A stretch of DNA of 63,868 bases, counting the filler, from Malassezia furfur (Eukaryota): NCBI GenBank assembly GCA_052055015.1. It is 3 parts of 3 records of this genome, joined end to end, with 100 filler letters (N's around TTAATTAATTAA, not from the genome) between each part and the next. Parts side by side here need not be neighbours in the genome. Positions count along the whole stretch, not along the records: positions 23,996 to 47,814 come from JBQJIT010000147.1; 2 more parts are not named here. One strand, written 5' to 3'. This document shows positions 32,099 through 43,839 of this stretch, in pieces; the first letter of the stretch is position 1, and every line of letters starts with the position of its first letter. Position numbers and translations under genes: made by a program. The notes beneath the pieces are model-generated. The model saw only the letters and a program-made list of their open reading frames with translations. It was not told the origin of the DNA and ran no database searches.

Positions 32099-35000
32099 TT
32101 AGCGATTTGGTGAGTCGTAAGGGGTGTCGAAGCGAAGCGCACCGTACGAGCGGTTGCGGGCGTGCGTGGTGCGTCCGCCGCTCACCGCCGAGGACGCGGC
32201 CTCTGGGGTCGTGGGGTCGAGGGGCACGGGGAAGTCGTCGTGGTCGCCGCCGGGCAGGATGCTGCCCATGTCCATCGAGCCGCGGTGCTTGGCGGTGTCG
32301 TCGCCCAGCGGGTCCTGCTCGTTGAGTGAGGCGATCGAGTGGTTCGGGATGCTCAGGAACGGCCCGCGCGTGCGGGGGCGCAGTGGGTTCGCGTTTTCGT
32401 CCCAGCCGCGCTGGAGCATGTCTTCCATGTCGTTCTCCGAGAGCATCGACGAGAGGCGGTTGGTCTGCAGCATCGACATCGGCCGCGTGCTGTCGAGCAG
32501 CTCGGGGGGCAGCTGGTTCTCGTCGTAGCCACCAATCTGGTCGCCCCAGCGGTCCTCGTCGGCGTCCGTCGAGATGGTGGCCGCGTCGTCGCGGTCGACG
32601 GTGACCGCCGGGAGCGCCGACGCGGGCGCAAGGCGGCCTTCTTCGGGCGCGAAGCCCGCGTCGTTGTAGAAGCCCTCGCCGAACTGGTTCTGCAGCTCCT
32701 GGCGGCGGCGCTCGTCGCGGCGCAGCTTGCGGATGCGCGAGTGCTCCCAGTCCTCCCACTGGCGCTGCGGCACGGCCTTGAGCGAGTCGTGGATCTCTTC
32801 GTCGACGGTCGCGGCGCTCTCGCCCTTGATCTCGCCCATGACCTTGCGTGTCTCGCCCCAGGAGAAGTCGTCAAAGTGCCAGAAGGAGTAGGCCGGCAGG
32901 ATCAAGTTCCACACGGGCAAAAAGATGAGGTAGATGAGCAGCCAGCCCACAAACGAGAACTTGAACTGCGCCATGGTGATCACCACACCGGGAAGCACCA
33001 GCACCGCGATGAGCATCGTGATGGGGATTGCCGTCGCAAAGTCCTTCGGCGGGTTCACAATCGACAGCACGATCAGCGTGTAAGTGAGCGAGATGGCGAC
33101 CGGCAACACGAGCGTGCCGATGAGGTCCATGAGCACGACGAACTGCATCGAGAAGCAGAACGTGCCGCACAGGTCGCGCACCAGCACCAGCTCCATCAGG
33201 TTGTGCACCGTCGAGTTGATCCAGCGGCGGCGCTGCGAGAGGAGCATGCGGAAGGTGTGCGGCACCTCGGTGTGGCAAACGGCCTGCGGCACAAACACCA
33301 TCTTGCGGTGCGGGAAGGTGCGCAGGAGCATCGTGCTCAAGAAGCGGTCCTCACCGAGGAGCAGCAGGTTCTTTTGGTGCAGCGTCGTGACGATTGTCTG
33401 GCTGTACTCGCGCAGCACCTCGGGTTTGATCACGACGGGAATCCAGTCGTCGTCGTTCGCCTTGCGCGCCTTCACGCGGTAGATGCTAAAGCACCCGGGC
33501 AAACACGTCACACCGCCAAACACGCTCTCGAACGCCTTGACCTGGTGGTGCGAGATGAAGTACTCAAACACCTGGATCATGGTGACCCAGCTCTGTGTCT
33601 TGTTCTCGATGCGCGTCTCGCCGCTGGCGCCCATGATGCGGTTGTCGTTCATCATTGTGTCGCTCAGGTGGCGCAGGGCCGGCGGCTCGACCTTGGTGTC
33701 GGCGTCGACCATGAGCACCAGCTCGAAAAAGTCGGGCGTGACGCCCATCAACGCGTGCACCTTGCGGAACAGGTCGTAGTCGAGCGGCGTCATGGGGTCG
33801 TCGTAGGTCACGCGCTGCAAAAAGTTGAGCAAGATCATCTGCGAGTCGCGCTTGCCACGGTTGCCCGGCTTCTTGTCGTTCGCCTCGCTGGGCGTGCCGC
33901 ACTTGGCCACGACGACCATCGGCACGGGCTCCCCGCCGGAGGGGTCGATGTAGTGCCCGGCATACACAAGCGCCATGTTGTGCGCCTTGGCGCCCGAAGC
34001 AATCGAGCCGTAGCTCATCGGCATCGGCGTGCCGAAGCGCGCGTCGGGGCTCATCAGGCTCACACACACGTCCGGCGTGCTGATCGTCTCGCCAAAGCCC
34101 GTCACCATACCGTCGGCGACGACGAACAGCAGCTGGCGGTTCGCGGGGTAGTGTGTCTTGGCGAGCGACGAGAGCGTCGCCGAGATGCCCTCGACGCCTT
34201 CTGAGTAGCATGTCACGAGGCACACCACGTACGGGTTGTTGCCAATGTCGCGCTGCGTCAGGCTCTGCGGCAGGTGCAGCGGAGCACCTGCATCCTTGCG
34301 TGCGGCGGTGGCGGCGACGAGCGGCGGTGCAATCGTTTTGTTCGCCCACGGCGCAACGCCGCCCGACGATGCATCCGCGGGCAGTACCTGGTGCGACAGG
34401 CGCTTGTTGCGCCGCGCCGCCTCGCTGTCCTCCTTGGCCGGGCGGCGCAGCAGCGCACGCGACCCGGCAAAGTGGAACCAGAGCGCCATCGAGGTGCGTG
34501 CGATCACGATACCGAGAATCACGATCAGCGAAATGTACAGCACGATCTGCGAGATGAAGCACCCGGTGGACAGGTAGTTGATGCGTCCGGCAATGTACTT
34601 GTCCTTGAGGCACTGCATCGCATGCCGCGTCTCGGCGGTATTGGTAAAGAGGCGCGTCGCGTCGGGGCCCTGGTGCGCGGCCTGCGCAAAGTGCATGCGG
34701 ATTGCCTCGTCGACGACGTCGCCCTCGATCGGGTCAGGGTTCAAGTCCAGGTACGGCGCCATGTTGAGCACCGTGCCGTCGAGCGTCATGAGGTGCGTAC
34801 CGTTCGACACCTCGTCCCACTCAAAACCGAGCATGAGGTTCACGGGCTCGATGTTGAGTGTCTGCGCAATGGTGGGCGTCAGCTGGTCCATGCACGGCGC
34901 GCGGCGGCCGCGCAGGTTGATGCACTCAAACTGCGTCGCATACACGCCCGTCTGCCCCTGGCACGACGGCACCGAGCTCGGCGAGCGACTCAGGTACGGC

Positions 35001-35587
35001 GTCAAGTCCATGCCGGGCTCCGTCTTCATGCGTTGATAGAAGCCCTCGTCGTTGAAGCGCGGGCTGTCGCCACGGTACACCTGGCCTTCGATCGTATACA
35101 TGGCACCGGCGGACTTGAGTGGCTGGAAGATCTCCTGCGATGACTTGGGACACAGGCTGCGCTGCAGACCGACCGTGATAAACGCAATGATGCCGCTCAA
35201 CACCATGGCGATCACCACGAGCGCAACCTTTTCGCGCCATGCCTGGCGCACCACGGAGCTGTGCATGCCACAAGCTGCCAGCACCGAAGGCGGCGCCCAG
35301 AAGGTGACGACAAGCGCGGTGTACTTCCACCAGCTGCGCAGCGGGTGGCGCGACTTGCTGTTTTCGCCGAATGGGTCACCCGGCACGCCGTCTGGGTTGA
35401 GCAGCGGCGTGAGCGGATGACCACGTTCCGGGCGCGACAGGGTATGCGCGCGAGCGATGCGCGATGGGCGCCGCAGCGGGGGCGGGTGGTCTTCATCGAG
35501 CGCAATGGTAGTGTCGTCGTTTCCCGCCCCAGGCCGGCGAATAAATGACCGGGCCGTGGAGCGGTGTCGACCGAGTTGCGCAACCAT
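32099..35587 (-). CDS. Chitin synthase, class IV (Chs3-like)
   Basis: AWREKVAL, cytochrome-b5-like region, TCYSEG, KPGNRGKRDSQ, MVDADT, TCLPGCF, LLGEDRFL, SQRRRWINST, WHFDDFSWGETR. No myosin head. Confidence 0.95.
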   Translation of the reverse strand: MVAQLGRHRSTARSFIRRPGAGNDDTTIALDEDHPPPLRRPSRIARAHTLSRPERGHPLTPLLNPDGVPGDPFGENSKSRHPLRSWWKYTALVVTFWAPPSVLAACGMHSSVVRQAWREKVALVVIAMVLSGIIAFITVGLQRSLCPKSSQEIFQPLKSAGAMYTIEGQVYRGDSPRFNDEGFYQRMKTEPGMDLTPYLSRSPSSVPSCQGQTGVYATQFECINLRGRRAPCMDQLTPTIAQTLNIEPVNLMLGFEWDEVSNGTHLMTLDGTVLNMAPYLDLNPDPIEGDVVDEAIRMHFAQAAHQGPDATRLFTNTAETRHAMQCLKDKYIAGRINYLSTGCFISQIVLYISLIVILGIVIARTSMALWFHFAGSRALLRRPAKEDSEAARRNKRLSHQVLPADASSGGVAPWANKTIAPPLVAATAARKDAGAPLHLPQSLTQRDIGNNPYVVCLVTCYSEGVEGISATLSSLAKTHYPANRQLLFVVADGMVTGFGETISTPDVCVSLMSPDARFGTPMPMSYGSIASGAKAHNMALVYAGHYIDPSGGEPVPMVVVAKCGTPSEANDKKPGNRGKRDSQMILLNFLQRVTYDDPMTPLDYDLFRKVHALMGVTPDFFELVLMVDADTKVEPPALRHLSDTMMNDNRIMGASGETRIENKTQSWVTMIQVFEYFISHHQVKAFESVFGGVTCLPGCFSIYRVKARKANDDDWIPVVIKPEVLREYSQTIVTTLHQKNLLLLGEDRFLSTMLLRTFPHRKMVFVPQAVCHTEVPHTFRMLLSQRRRWINSTVHNLMELVLVRDLCGTFCFSMQFVVLMDLIGTLVLPVAISLTYTLIVLSIVNPPKDFATAIPITMLIAVLVLPGVVITMAQFKFSFVGWLLIYLIFLPVWNLILPAYSFWHFDDFSWGETRKVMGEIKGESAATVDEEIHDSLKAVPQRQWEDWEHSRIRKLRRDERRRQELQNQFGEGFYNDAGFAPEEGRLAPASALPAVTVDRDDAATISTDADEDRWGDQIGGYDENQLPPELLDSTRPMSMLQTNRLSSMLSENDMEDMLQRGWDENANPLRPRTRGPFLSIPNHSIASLNEQDPLGDDTAKHRGSMDMGSILPGGDHDDFPVPLDPTTPEAASSAVSGGRTTHARNRSYGALRFDTPYDSPNR

Positions 35588-35823
35588 GCCAACCGCGTCG
35601 ACGTCTCCTGCACGTACAAGCGCACAAAAACGAGCCTGCCGCCGCCGCGGGCCCTCCGCGTATGTGCGCGCGGCCGTAGATTTGCTCGGCCGACGCGCAG
35701 GTGCTCACGTGCTCGGTGGCGCCGCGGAGGTACGCTGCAGCGCGCGCGCAGACTGCGCCCTGGCCGCCTCTGCACGGACGTGGGGGCAAGCGCAACATTG
35801 GGTTCTGTGTGCACTCTGCGTAG

Positions 35824-37455
35824 ATGGACTCCCTCGCAGTGCCGGCGCGTGCCGTCGTCACCGTCGGCATGGGTGAGTCGTGCACGACCGCGACCCAGTA
35901 CGACGCCGCTGCAGCCCATCGAGACATCCAGCAGCGCGACCGACTCGCGCACGACGTCTACCATTCCATTCTCCAGACGGGGCGCGGCGACTGGATTGAT
36001 CTAATGAACTGCGCGCCACTCGCCAGCCAGTACCACCTGAGCACGTACAGCACGTTCAAGTTCGGGTTTGGAGGTACGCCACCGACGCACTGACCGCCAG
36101 GCGCTCCGTACGCCTACCTGCCCATGACGCTGCAGCAGCCGCTGCTCACCGAGACCATCCTCGCACGCCAGCGCGAGATCGAGCAGCAGGCCTGGTCCTG
36201 GAGCTTGCATGCAACGGGCCCGGGCGCCGCCGACGTCGACGCGGCTGCTGACGCGGCCGCCGATGCCGCCGCCGACGCTTCGGCGCCCGCCGCCGCCACT
36301 CCCAATGGCGCACCGCCTGCGCCCGACGCGCTCCCGCACGATACCCCGCCGCTGCTCCGCAAGGCGATGCGAGACGCGATCCAGCTGGCATGCATGAACG
36401 GCGAACAGCCATTGCAGGAACCGGCACCGTGCACCATCAAGACAAGCAACTCGCATCCGATTCAGGTGAGCCCCATTCTGCCGCCGAGCATGCTCGACGC
36501 ACTCTCGGCGCAGGTGCTCGCGCGCCTCCCGCCCGAGTACGCCGACTGTGCACGCGCCACCGACCCCGCCCACGCGTGTGGCTACGTCCACCGCGGGCGG
36601 CGCATCGAGCCTGGCGAGTTTGCCGAGCACCTCTTGCACGCGCTCGAGGACCCCGAGGCGCACCTCGCAGGGCAGGTTCGTGGTGAGCAGCTCATCCGCC
36701 TCCCACCGAGCGTTGCGCTCGACGAGATCGCGCGTGAGGCACCGCCGGGGTGCAAGGACTGTCCCTCGACGCACCAGCCGGTCGAGGCAGGGCGTCTGGG
36801 CAACATGATCCTCTCGTCGTGCCCTGGCAAAAAGGTGCGCCTGAATGGCCCCGAGCGCGGGCGCAGCAGCGTGTGCCGCGACCTGAAGATGGACCTCGCG
36901 CGCTACCGCGCGATGGGCGTGCGCGCGATTGTGTGCTGCCTCGACGACGAGGAGCTCAAGCTGCTCGGCTCGCCGTGCCCCGAGTACGTCGAGGAGGTCG
37001 CCTCGCTCGGCCTTGACTTGGTGCGCCTACCGATTGCCGAGGGCTTTGCGCCGACGGACTTGGTCAAGTTTGACATCATGATGACCGCGCTCATCCTCAC
37101 CTACACGCTACGGGGCGCCTCGATCCTCGTGCACTGCCGCGGCGGCGTCGGCCGTGCGGGCCTCGTCGCGGCGGTGTGGGTGCTCAAGATGGGCTTTGTG
37201 TCGCCGCCGCCGCGCGCTGCGCCGCGCGGTGCGTCATCCATGGCATCGCTTACCGACGCGATGCACACGGCGCAGCGCGACTCGGAGGATGTGCTGCCGA
37301 CCGTATTGCAGCTCATCGAGGTTGTGCGCCGCCGCCGGAGCCTGCGGGCGATCGAGACCGCAGAGCAAGCGCGGTTCTTGATGGAGTATGTACGGTTCAT
37401 CCACCGCCAGGAGCACGCGCGCCGTTGCTTCCAGCGATGCTGCAAGAAGGTATAG
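35824..37455 (+). CDS. Dual-specificity/PTP-family phosphatase (CDKN3-like fungal protein)
   Basis: IKTS.SHPI.VS, LGN..LSSCPGKKVRL, CRDL..DL, VCCLDDEEL, CX5R motif VHCRGGVGRAG, AIET.EQ. 27-nt intron 36074-36100. Confidence 0.85.
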
Positions 37456-37456
37456 A

Positions 37457-38903
37457 CTAGGCAGATGCATTTTCTTCCCATGCAATTGCGGCAAAACTCA
37501 GCTGCCGTCAGGTTAGGCCCACGTACCAGCACCAGCAGGCCGCCAACCACGTTTTGCAGGTGCAGCGACGATGGGTCGTTCGCCATGCCGCCCAGCGCCG
37601 CCATGGGGATCGTGAGCGAGAGACCGATCGTGGTAAAGAGCGGCGACGACTTGAGCATCGCAAGCAAGTAGGCAAAGTCGCTGCATCAGCATTCCGCACA
37701 CACCTCACGACGGTGATCGCCATGTTGACCACCACGCCGAGCCACATGTTCGCGTCCGACGGCAGCGCCAGCGGCTCGATGCCGAGCCAGTCCAGCACGA
37801 GGCCCACCGGCCAGAACGCCACGAGATTGAACAGGCCCACGAACCCGAAAAAGAGCGGCATGGAGATCCGGTCCTCGGACCCGATGCGCACCTTGAGCAG
37901 CGTCACGTACACTGCGTAGCCTGCACACGTCAGCCACGCCAAGTACGTACACAGCGCCGACAGAATCGCCAGCATGTCGCCCAGAAGGGGGTTCGATGCA
38001 TCGCCTGCCGATACGGACGACGTGCCATGGTCGGACCACGTCACGAGCGCGACGCCCAGGAAACTGAGCACCACCGACACCACTTTGCCCGGCGCAAACG
38101 TGTCGGTACCCACCATGCTGCCGAGCAGCAGCGTAAAGAAACCACTCGATGCACCGAGCGTCGTGCCGCTCGCGACACTCGTGTAGCCCAGCGCGGCCAC
38201 GAACGACCAGTTGGCCGCAAACCAGACAATCGCGAACTGCATCGCCAGGATGCCCGTCTCGACGATCGACAGCGGCGGAAGATCCGACGCAGGGACCACA
38301 CACACACTGTGCTCCGACACCCCTGCGTCATCGTCCGAGCCATACGTCGACGACGCCGACTCGGCCATGAGCTCCTCACTCTCCTCGAGCCCACGCACCG
38401 TGAAGCTGCGCCCCCGCGACAGCCCCCGCCGCGCCGGCCGCTTGTGCGGCGCGGGACCAAGGTCAATGCGCATATTCAGGTTACTTCGTGGCCGCCGCCC
38501 ATCGATCGATGAGGGACGCGGCGGCGATGGCTCGATCCCCAGCGCGCCGCTCGGTGCTGCAGGTGCCGGCTCGTCGAGGTGCTCGGCCGCGGCGATGGCA
38601 GGGTCCACCGGGTACATCGGCGGCAGACGGAATCCGAGCCGCTCGTACCACGGCATCCGCGTGCCGTCCGTGGGGACGCGCAGGTCGGCGCCGTACATCC
38701 AAAGGCCCACGAACGGCACGAGGTAAGTGACGAACGATGCGGTGCTCAAATACGTCACAGCAAACGGCTTATTATAGCCGTGCGTGCTGCGTCAGTGGCG
38801 CCACGTACAGTACGGCGCTGGCCAAAAAGTTGGACGCGGTCCATAGCACATCAACTAGCAGCACCAGCCCCGCGCCGACCGCGTACCGATGCGCGTGCGC
38901 CAT
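37457..38903 (-). CDS. EamA/DMT transporter, Thi74/SLC35F5-like
   Basis: LWTASNF, YNKPF.VTYLST.SF, WFAANW...AL.YTSVAS.T.L..SSGFFTL, GD.LA..SA, FFGFVGLFN, SD..Y..AML.SSPL..T.GLSLTIP. Introns 38787-38808, 37921-37950, 37681-37703, 37502-37526. Confidence 0.85.
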
Positions 38904-38961
38904 GGCCGCGAAAAAGGCGCGCCGATCCTTTCGCCCGATGATCGGGCTCGCAGCAACCACG

Positions 38962-40802
38962 ATGGCCAGTGGGACGGCGGCGCCTGCGGACGACGCGCAC
39001 GCGTCGCTCGGGCTGTGTGTCGGCAGTGGCGAGGAGACACGCGCGCGGTCCGTGTTTTCGATGCCTGCCGATGCAGACGACGGGTGGTTGTGGTGCCGCA
39101 CGCGCGATCCCGAGGGGATGCACCGCATGTTTGCGCACATCGTGCACTATGTCCGCGATGTCGAGCTCGGCGCGGTCGAGCCCAACGTGGTCGGCGACGA
39201 CCGCACGCGCGTGCTGAGTGACCCACTCGAGGAGTGTCCTACGCGCGAGGCGAACCCGGAATACTATGAGCGTGTACGTCCCCATGCATGCTTACCCAGA
39301 TTACACGCCCCACCTCGTTACAGGCCATCACACACCGGATCGTCCACTGCGAGTATGCACAGCCGGCTCTGTTTGAGCAGGACATGCTTCAGCTCTTTTC
39401 GAACGCGCGGACCTGGTACGGGATCGGCACACCGGGGTACAAGGAAATGGTGACGCTCCAGCGACTCTACCAGCAGCTCACCCCATCCAAAGCGAGCATG
39501 TACGATGGTGCCAACACCAAGCACGTCAAGGCTCGCTCGAACGACATTGATTTGGTGGACCAGCGCCGTGCGCGTACCAATCCGGCCGACTTTTTTGCGT
39601 CTAGCACGTACGGGCCCGGGAATGAGCCACACACGCTGCACGAGCCATACAAGCTGCTCGACGCGGCATGGTTCAAGGGGCGCACGTACCGCGCAGGTGA
39701 TTGGGTGCACCTCATGAACCCCGTTGACCCTTCGCGCCCGATCGTGGCGCAAATCTTCCGTGTGTACAAGCGGCGCGACGTTCCGGGCACGTTTTTGACG
39801 GCTAACTGGTACTACCGTCCGGAGCAGACCTCGCACGGCGCCGCGCGGCTCTTTTACGAGAACGAGGTGCTCAAAACGGGTGTGTTTGGGGATCATGTTC
39901 TGGAGGACATCGTGGAGGAGATCCTCGTGCTCTTTCACACCAAGTACGCCCGAGCACGGCCTAAGGCAGCGTACAGCGCGCCGCATGTGCCCACGTACAT
40001 TGTCGAGGCCAAATACAACATCGCCAATGCCGAATTCCACAAGATTCAGAGCTGGGCCAGCTGCGTACCCGCCGAGGTGCGCGAAAAACACACACCAATG
40101 GACGTGTTTGCCGTGCCAAGCCCCATGCCGCCGCGGCAGCCCTCGCTGCTTACGACGAATACGTATGCGCCAGGCTTTGGGCAGCTGCTAGAGCATGCGC
40201 GGGTCGACGAGGAGCCGTACGAGTACCGCGACTTGTTCGACACCGGCACAAAGGAGGAGGCGCAGGCGACGCCCGCTCCGCAGTCGATGCCCCCGCCACG
40301 GCCTCCAACGGCAGGCCTGTCGGCCGCGCACCCGGACAGATTGCGTGCGTATGCGGCGTTCCATATGGTCGCGAGTGATATTGCGCGTCGCACGAGCCCT
40401 GCATCTTACGAGGCGATCCAAGCGGCGCTCCTCGCCGAACCCGACATGTCCGCAGGCGCATTGACCGCACTCAGCGTGCGACACAGCATTCCTGACAGTC
40501 TGCTGGCACGCCTGCGCGATGCAGCGCGCAGCGCCGGTGTCCTCGAGGACGCAAAAACAGGTACGGCACCGCAGGTACCTAGCCTCGCCCCGGTGCTGGC
40601 GGCACACCGCGCCGAGGCGCAGTTTGCGCCGCTGCCGCACGGTACGGCCGAGCTTTTCCGCCGCGATGCCGAGGGCCGGCCACTATGGTATGCGGCGCCG
40701 CCTCTCGATGGTTGGCGTGCATCAACCGCTGTGCAGGACGGCACGACGCACCTGCCGCTGCCGAGCCTTGATTACCTGTACGCGAGGGTCCGCAAGACCT
40801 AG
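38962..40802 (+). CDS. Bromodomain + BAH domain protein (Rsc1/Rsc2-like chromatin remodeller subunit)
   Basis: PEYYE|RI.RP.SL..I...FEQD...LF.NA bromodomain (26-nt intron 39274-39299). BAH: GDWVHL.NP.DPSRPIVAQIFR..WYYRPEQT.H..FYENEV.KTG. C-terminal LWY.APP. Start uncertain. Confidence 0.78.
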
Positions 40803-40824
40803 ATTGTAGAATACTGCCGAGCGA

Positions 40825-41897
40825 CTATGGGTTTTTGCTCGCCTCGTCCTGTGCGGCCGCTGCCTGTCGTACCGGCGCAAAGTACGGGTGGTGCTGCGCC
40901 TCGAGCGCCGTAAGGCGTTCCTGGTGGTCGTAGCGCAGCAGATGATCCAAAAAGTCGAGCGCCTCGTCCGACACGTATCGCTCATTCTCGGGCGTGACAA
41001 AGCGGGGCCAAGGCTTGCGCTGGTACCGGCCCAGAATACCGTCGTAGTGCGAGTCAAGCTCAATGTTGTACTTTTCCAAGTAGGCAAATAGCCCATCGGT
41101 GCCCAGCACCTTGCAAATCTTGACGAGCTGGTCATAGTTGTCGTGGCCGTGGAAGAACGGCTCCTTGCGGAAGATCATGCTGGCAAACATGCAGCCGAGG
41201 CTCCACATGTCCAGAGAGTAGTCGTATTCCTGGAAATCCACCAGCAGCTCGGGGCCCTTGAAGTATCGCGAGGCGACGCGCACATTGTATTCGGTATACG
41301 GGTGGTAAAACTCCGCCAGACCCCAGTCAATCAGACGCAGCTTGCGCTTTTCGTGGTCAATCATGACGTTGTGGGGCTTGACATCACGATGCATGATACC
41401 ACGCGAATGGCAAAAGTCGAGCGCCTTGAGCAGCTCAAAGATGTAGTAGCGCACATCAAAGTCGGTGAAGCGGGGATACAGCACCTTGAAATCGGTGTTG
41501 TTCACATACTCCGTAATGATCGATGGCGTCTTCGACTGCGGGTCGCGCACCACATCAATCAGCTGCACAACGTTGGGGCCGCCGCGAAGGTTTTGCAGGA
41601 TTTTGATTTCGCGCTTGATCTTCTTCTTCTTGACCGGCTTGAGCACCTTGATGATGCACTTGTCGTAGCCAGGCGACGCCACATTGATCCCCTCGAATAC
41701 TTCGGAATACTTGCCGCGCCCCACCTTTTGCAGAATCTCGTAGTGGTCCTGCGTTCCCCTGGGGTTAGTCGGTCACCTACCATTGCAACTGGAGATTGTC
41801 TGCGTAAGAAAGAGCTGTACGTACCATAGTCCCACCATGACCGGCCGCGCTTTTCGTTCGCGTCCGCATACACCCGCGCCACGCTCAATCCGGACAT
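40825..41897 (-). CDS. CKA1: Casein kinase II catalytic alpha subunit
   Basis: [59 protein letters not shown]. Introns 41800-41824 and 41759-41780 flank a 19-nt exon. Confidence 0.96.
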
Positions 41898-41988
41898 GAG
41901 TGCTGCCGAAACGGTCGACGCAGTCCGTCGCACGTCGCGTTCCAAGCGAAACCGTTCACGCGGGCGATAATTATCACGTGACTTCTGC

Positions 41989-43323
41989 CTACGGAGCCGG
42001 CGCCACGCCGTGCGGCACAGGCGGCGTGGGGTCGATTTTACGCGTGGGGTCCATAAATTGCGCGACCAGCTCGTCGGTGACCTGCGCCTTCCGCTGCTGG
42101 AAATCACCCACAACACGCTGGAGCTCGGCAATGCAGCGCTTCTTAAGCTCACCAGTGAGCAAGCGACCGGCACGGTAGTCCTCCGCAATCTGCGTAATCT
42201 CCTCGTCCGAGTCCACAAAGAACGTCAGGTACTGGAAGCTCACGTCCACATCAGGGTTGCCGCCTAGCCGGCGCTGCTCCTCCAGGGTCTCCTGACCACC
42301 AGAGAACGCGTGCTTGTTGATCTTGTTCTTGATCTGGTTCGGCGTGTCGTGCATAAAGATGCTCGATGTCTCGTTCGACGCACTCATCTTCGTCTGCGAG
42401 CCCTGCAGCGCAGGGAAGAACTTGGAGTGGATCAGCGAGGGCTTGGGGTACTTGAGACGAACAGCCACATCACGCGTTTGGCGGAAGTAGGGGTCCTGGT
42501 CGATCGCACAAGGAATCAGGCACGGCACATCGCTCTTCGTCCCATAGATTTGCGGGAACGAGTTCGAGAACGAGGGAGCCGCCTGCACAGCAACGAAATG
42601 CACCTTGCCGATGCTGTCACTGTCGTTGAACCCAAACGTGCCCTTCGACTGGTTCACGGTGATGTAACGCGCAATTCGCACAATGTTCCTGTAAAAGGCA
42701 CCACCCACGTAGTCCAGGTCCGAGAAGATGAACGTCTTCTCAAGCTTGAAACCGCATGCAATAATATCGCGGGCATTTTCGTACGCGTACTTTTGAGCCT
42801 GCTCAATCTTCAGCTCGTTCTTGAACAGGAACTTCTCGTCATCGGTGAGCTGAATGACCAGCGGCACATCGAACACATCCTGCAGCCACTGGGTGAACAA
42901 GAAGGGAATCAGGTGGCCCAAGTGCATCGACGAGCTGCTAGGGCCACGGCCGGTATAGAGGTAGAACGGTTTCTGCTGCTCGTAGCGCGTAAGAATGAGG
43001 TCAAGTTCGCTGCACTAATGAGCCAATGTCACGTACCGATGACTGAAGAAGCTGCCACGGCGGAGCAACGGGTGCGGCTTGCGCCCAGTCAGACGCTCGA
43101 AGCGCTCAAGCAGAGCAGCATCGATCGGCTTCGTTCCAAACTCCTTAATGAGCTTGTTATAGTCGATAGAGACTTGCTTGCCATCAACGTAGCCACCCTC
43201 GACATCCCACGGCGTCACCTTCTGCGCGGTATCGGCCGTAGTGGCTGGCGCGCTGCCGTCAGGCACCACTGAGGTCTTGGCCAAATCCTTCGCGAGGGAT
43301 TCCATATCGTCGTTCTGCTCCAT
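41989..43323 (-). CDS. WRS1: Cytoplasmic tryptophanyl-tRNA synthetase
   Basis: [57 protein letters not shown]. 27-nt intron 43010-43036. Confidence 0.96.
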
Positions 43324-43385
43324 CTCTTGCTGACACAAGCAATCGGGAATTCGGCGGCAGGCGTCTCCACCCGTCGATCTCCATC

Positions 43386-43788
43386 ATGGTGCGTCGCGCG
43401 AAACTGACCTCAGTTGATGTTCTCTGCGTTCAAGACGCTTACTGGACAAACAGTAGTTGTCGAGTTGAAAAATGATCTCGCTATCCAGGGAACGCTGAAG
43501 AGCGTTGACCAGTATGTGCCCTGACTTACGCAGATTCCTGAATTTCAAACTCGACGACATCAAGGTATTGGACCCCGGACGTTACCCCCACATGGTACGT
43601 TGCCTAGCTGACATCAGAGCGCTGTGCGCTCGACCTTTATCCGTGGGTCGGTTGTGCGCTATGTGTATATTCCCGCCGCCGCTGTCGACACGCAGCTACT
43701 GGAGGATGCGACGCGACGAGGTATGTCCCCACTCAATTTGTACCCCTTCTCTAACCGTTCAGAGGCAGAGACGCAGCAACGTCGCTAA
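43386..43788 (+). CDS. LSM2: U6 snRNA-associated Sm-like protein Lsm2
   Basis: Spliced: MLMFSAFKTL....VVELKNDLAIQGTLKSVDQFLNFKL..PHM..FIRGSVVRYV..VDTQLLEDATRRE. Introns 43389-43413, 43512-43533, 43595-43617, 43721-43762; the first coding exon is the ATG alone. Confidence 0.93.
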
Positions 43789-43839
43789 AAAGGAAGCATA
43801 TGTGCATGCTGTATCGTATAGGACTACCTAGTATGCATA

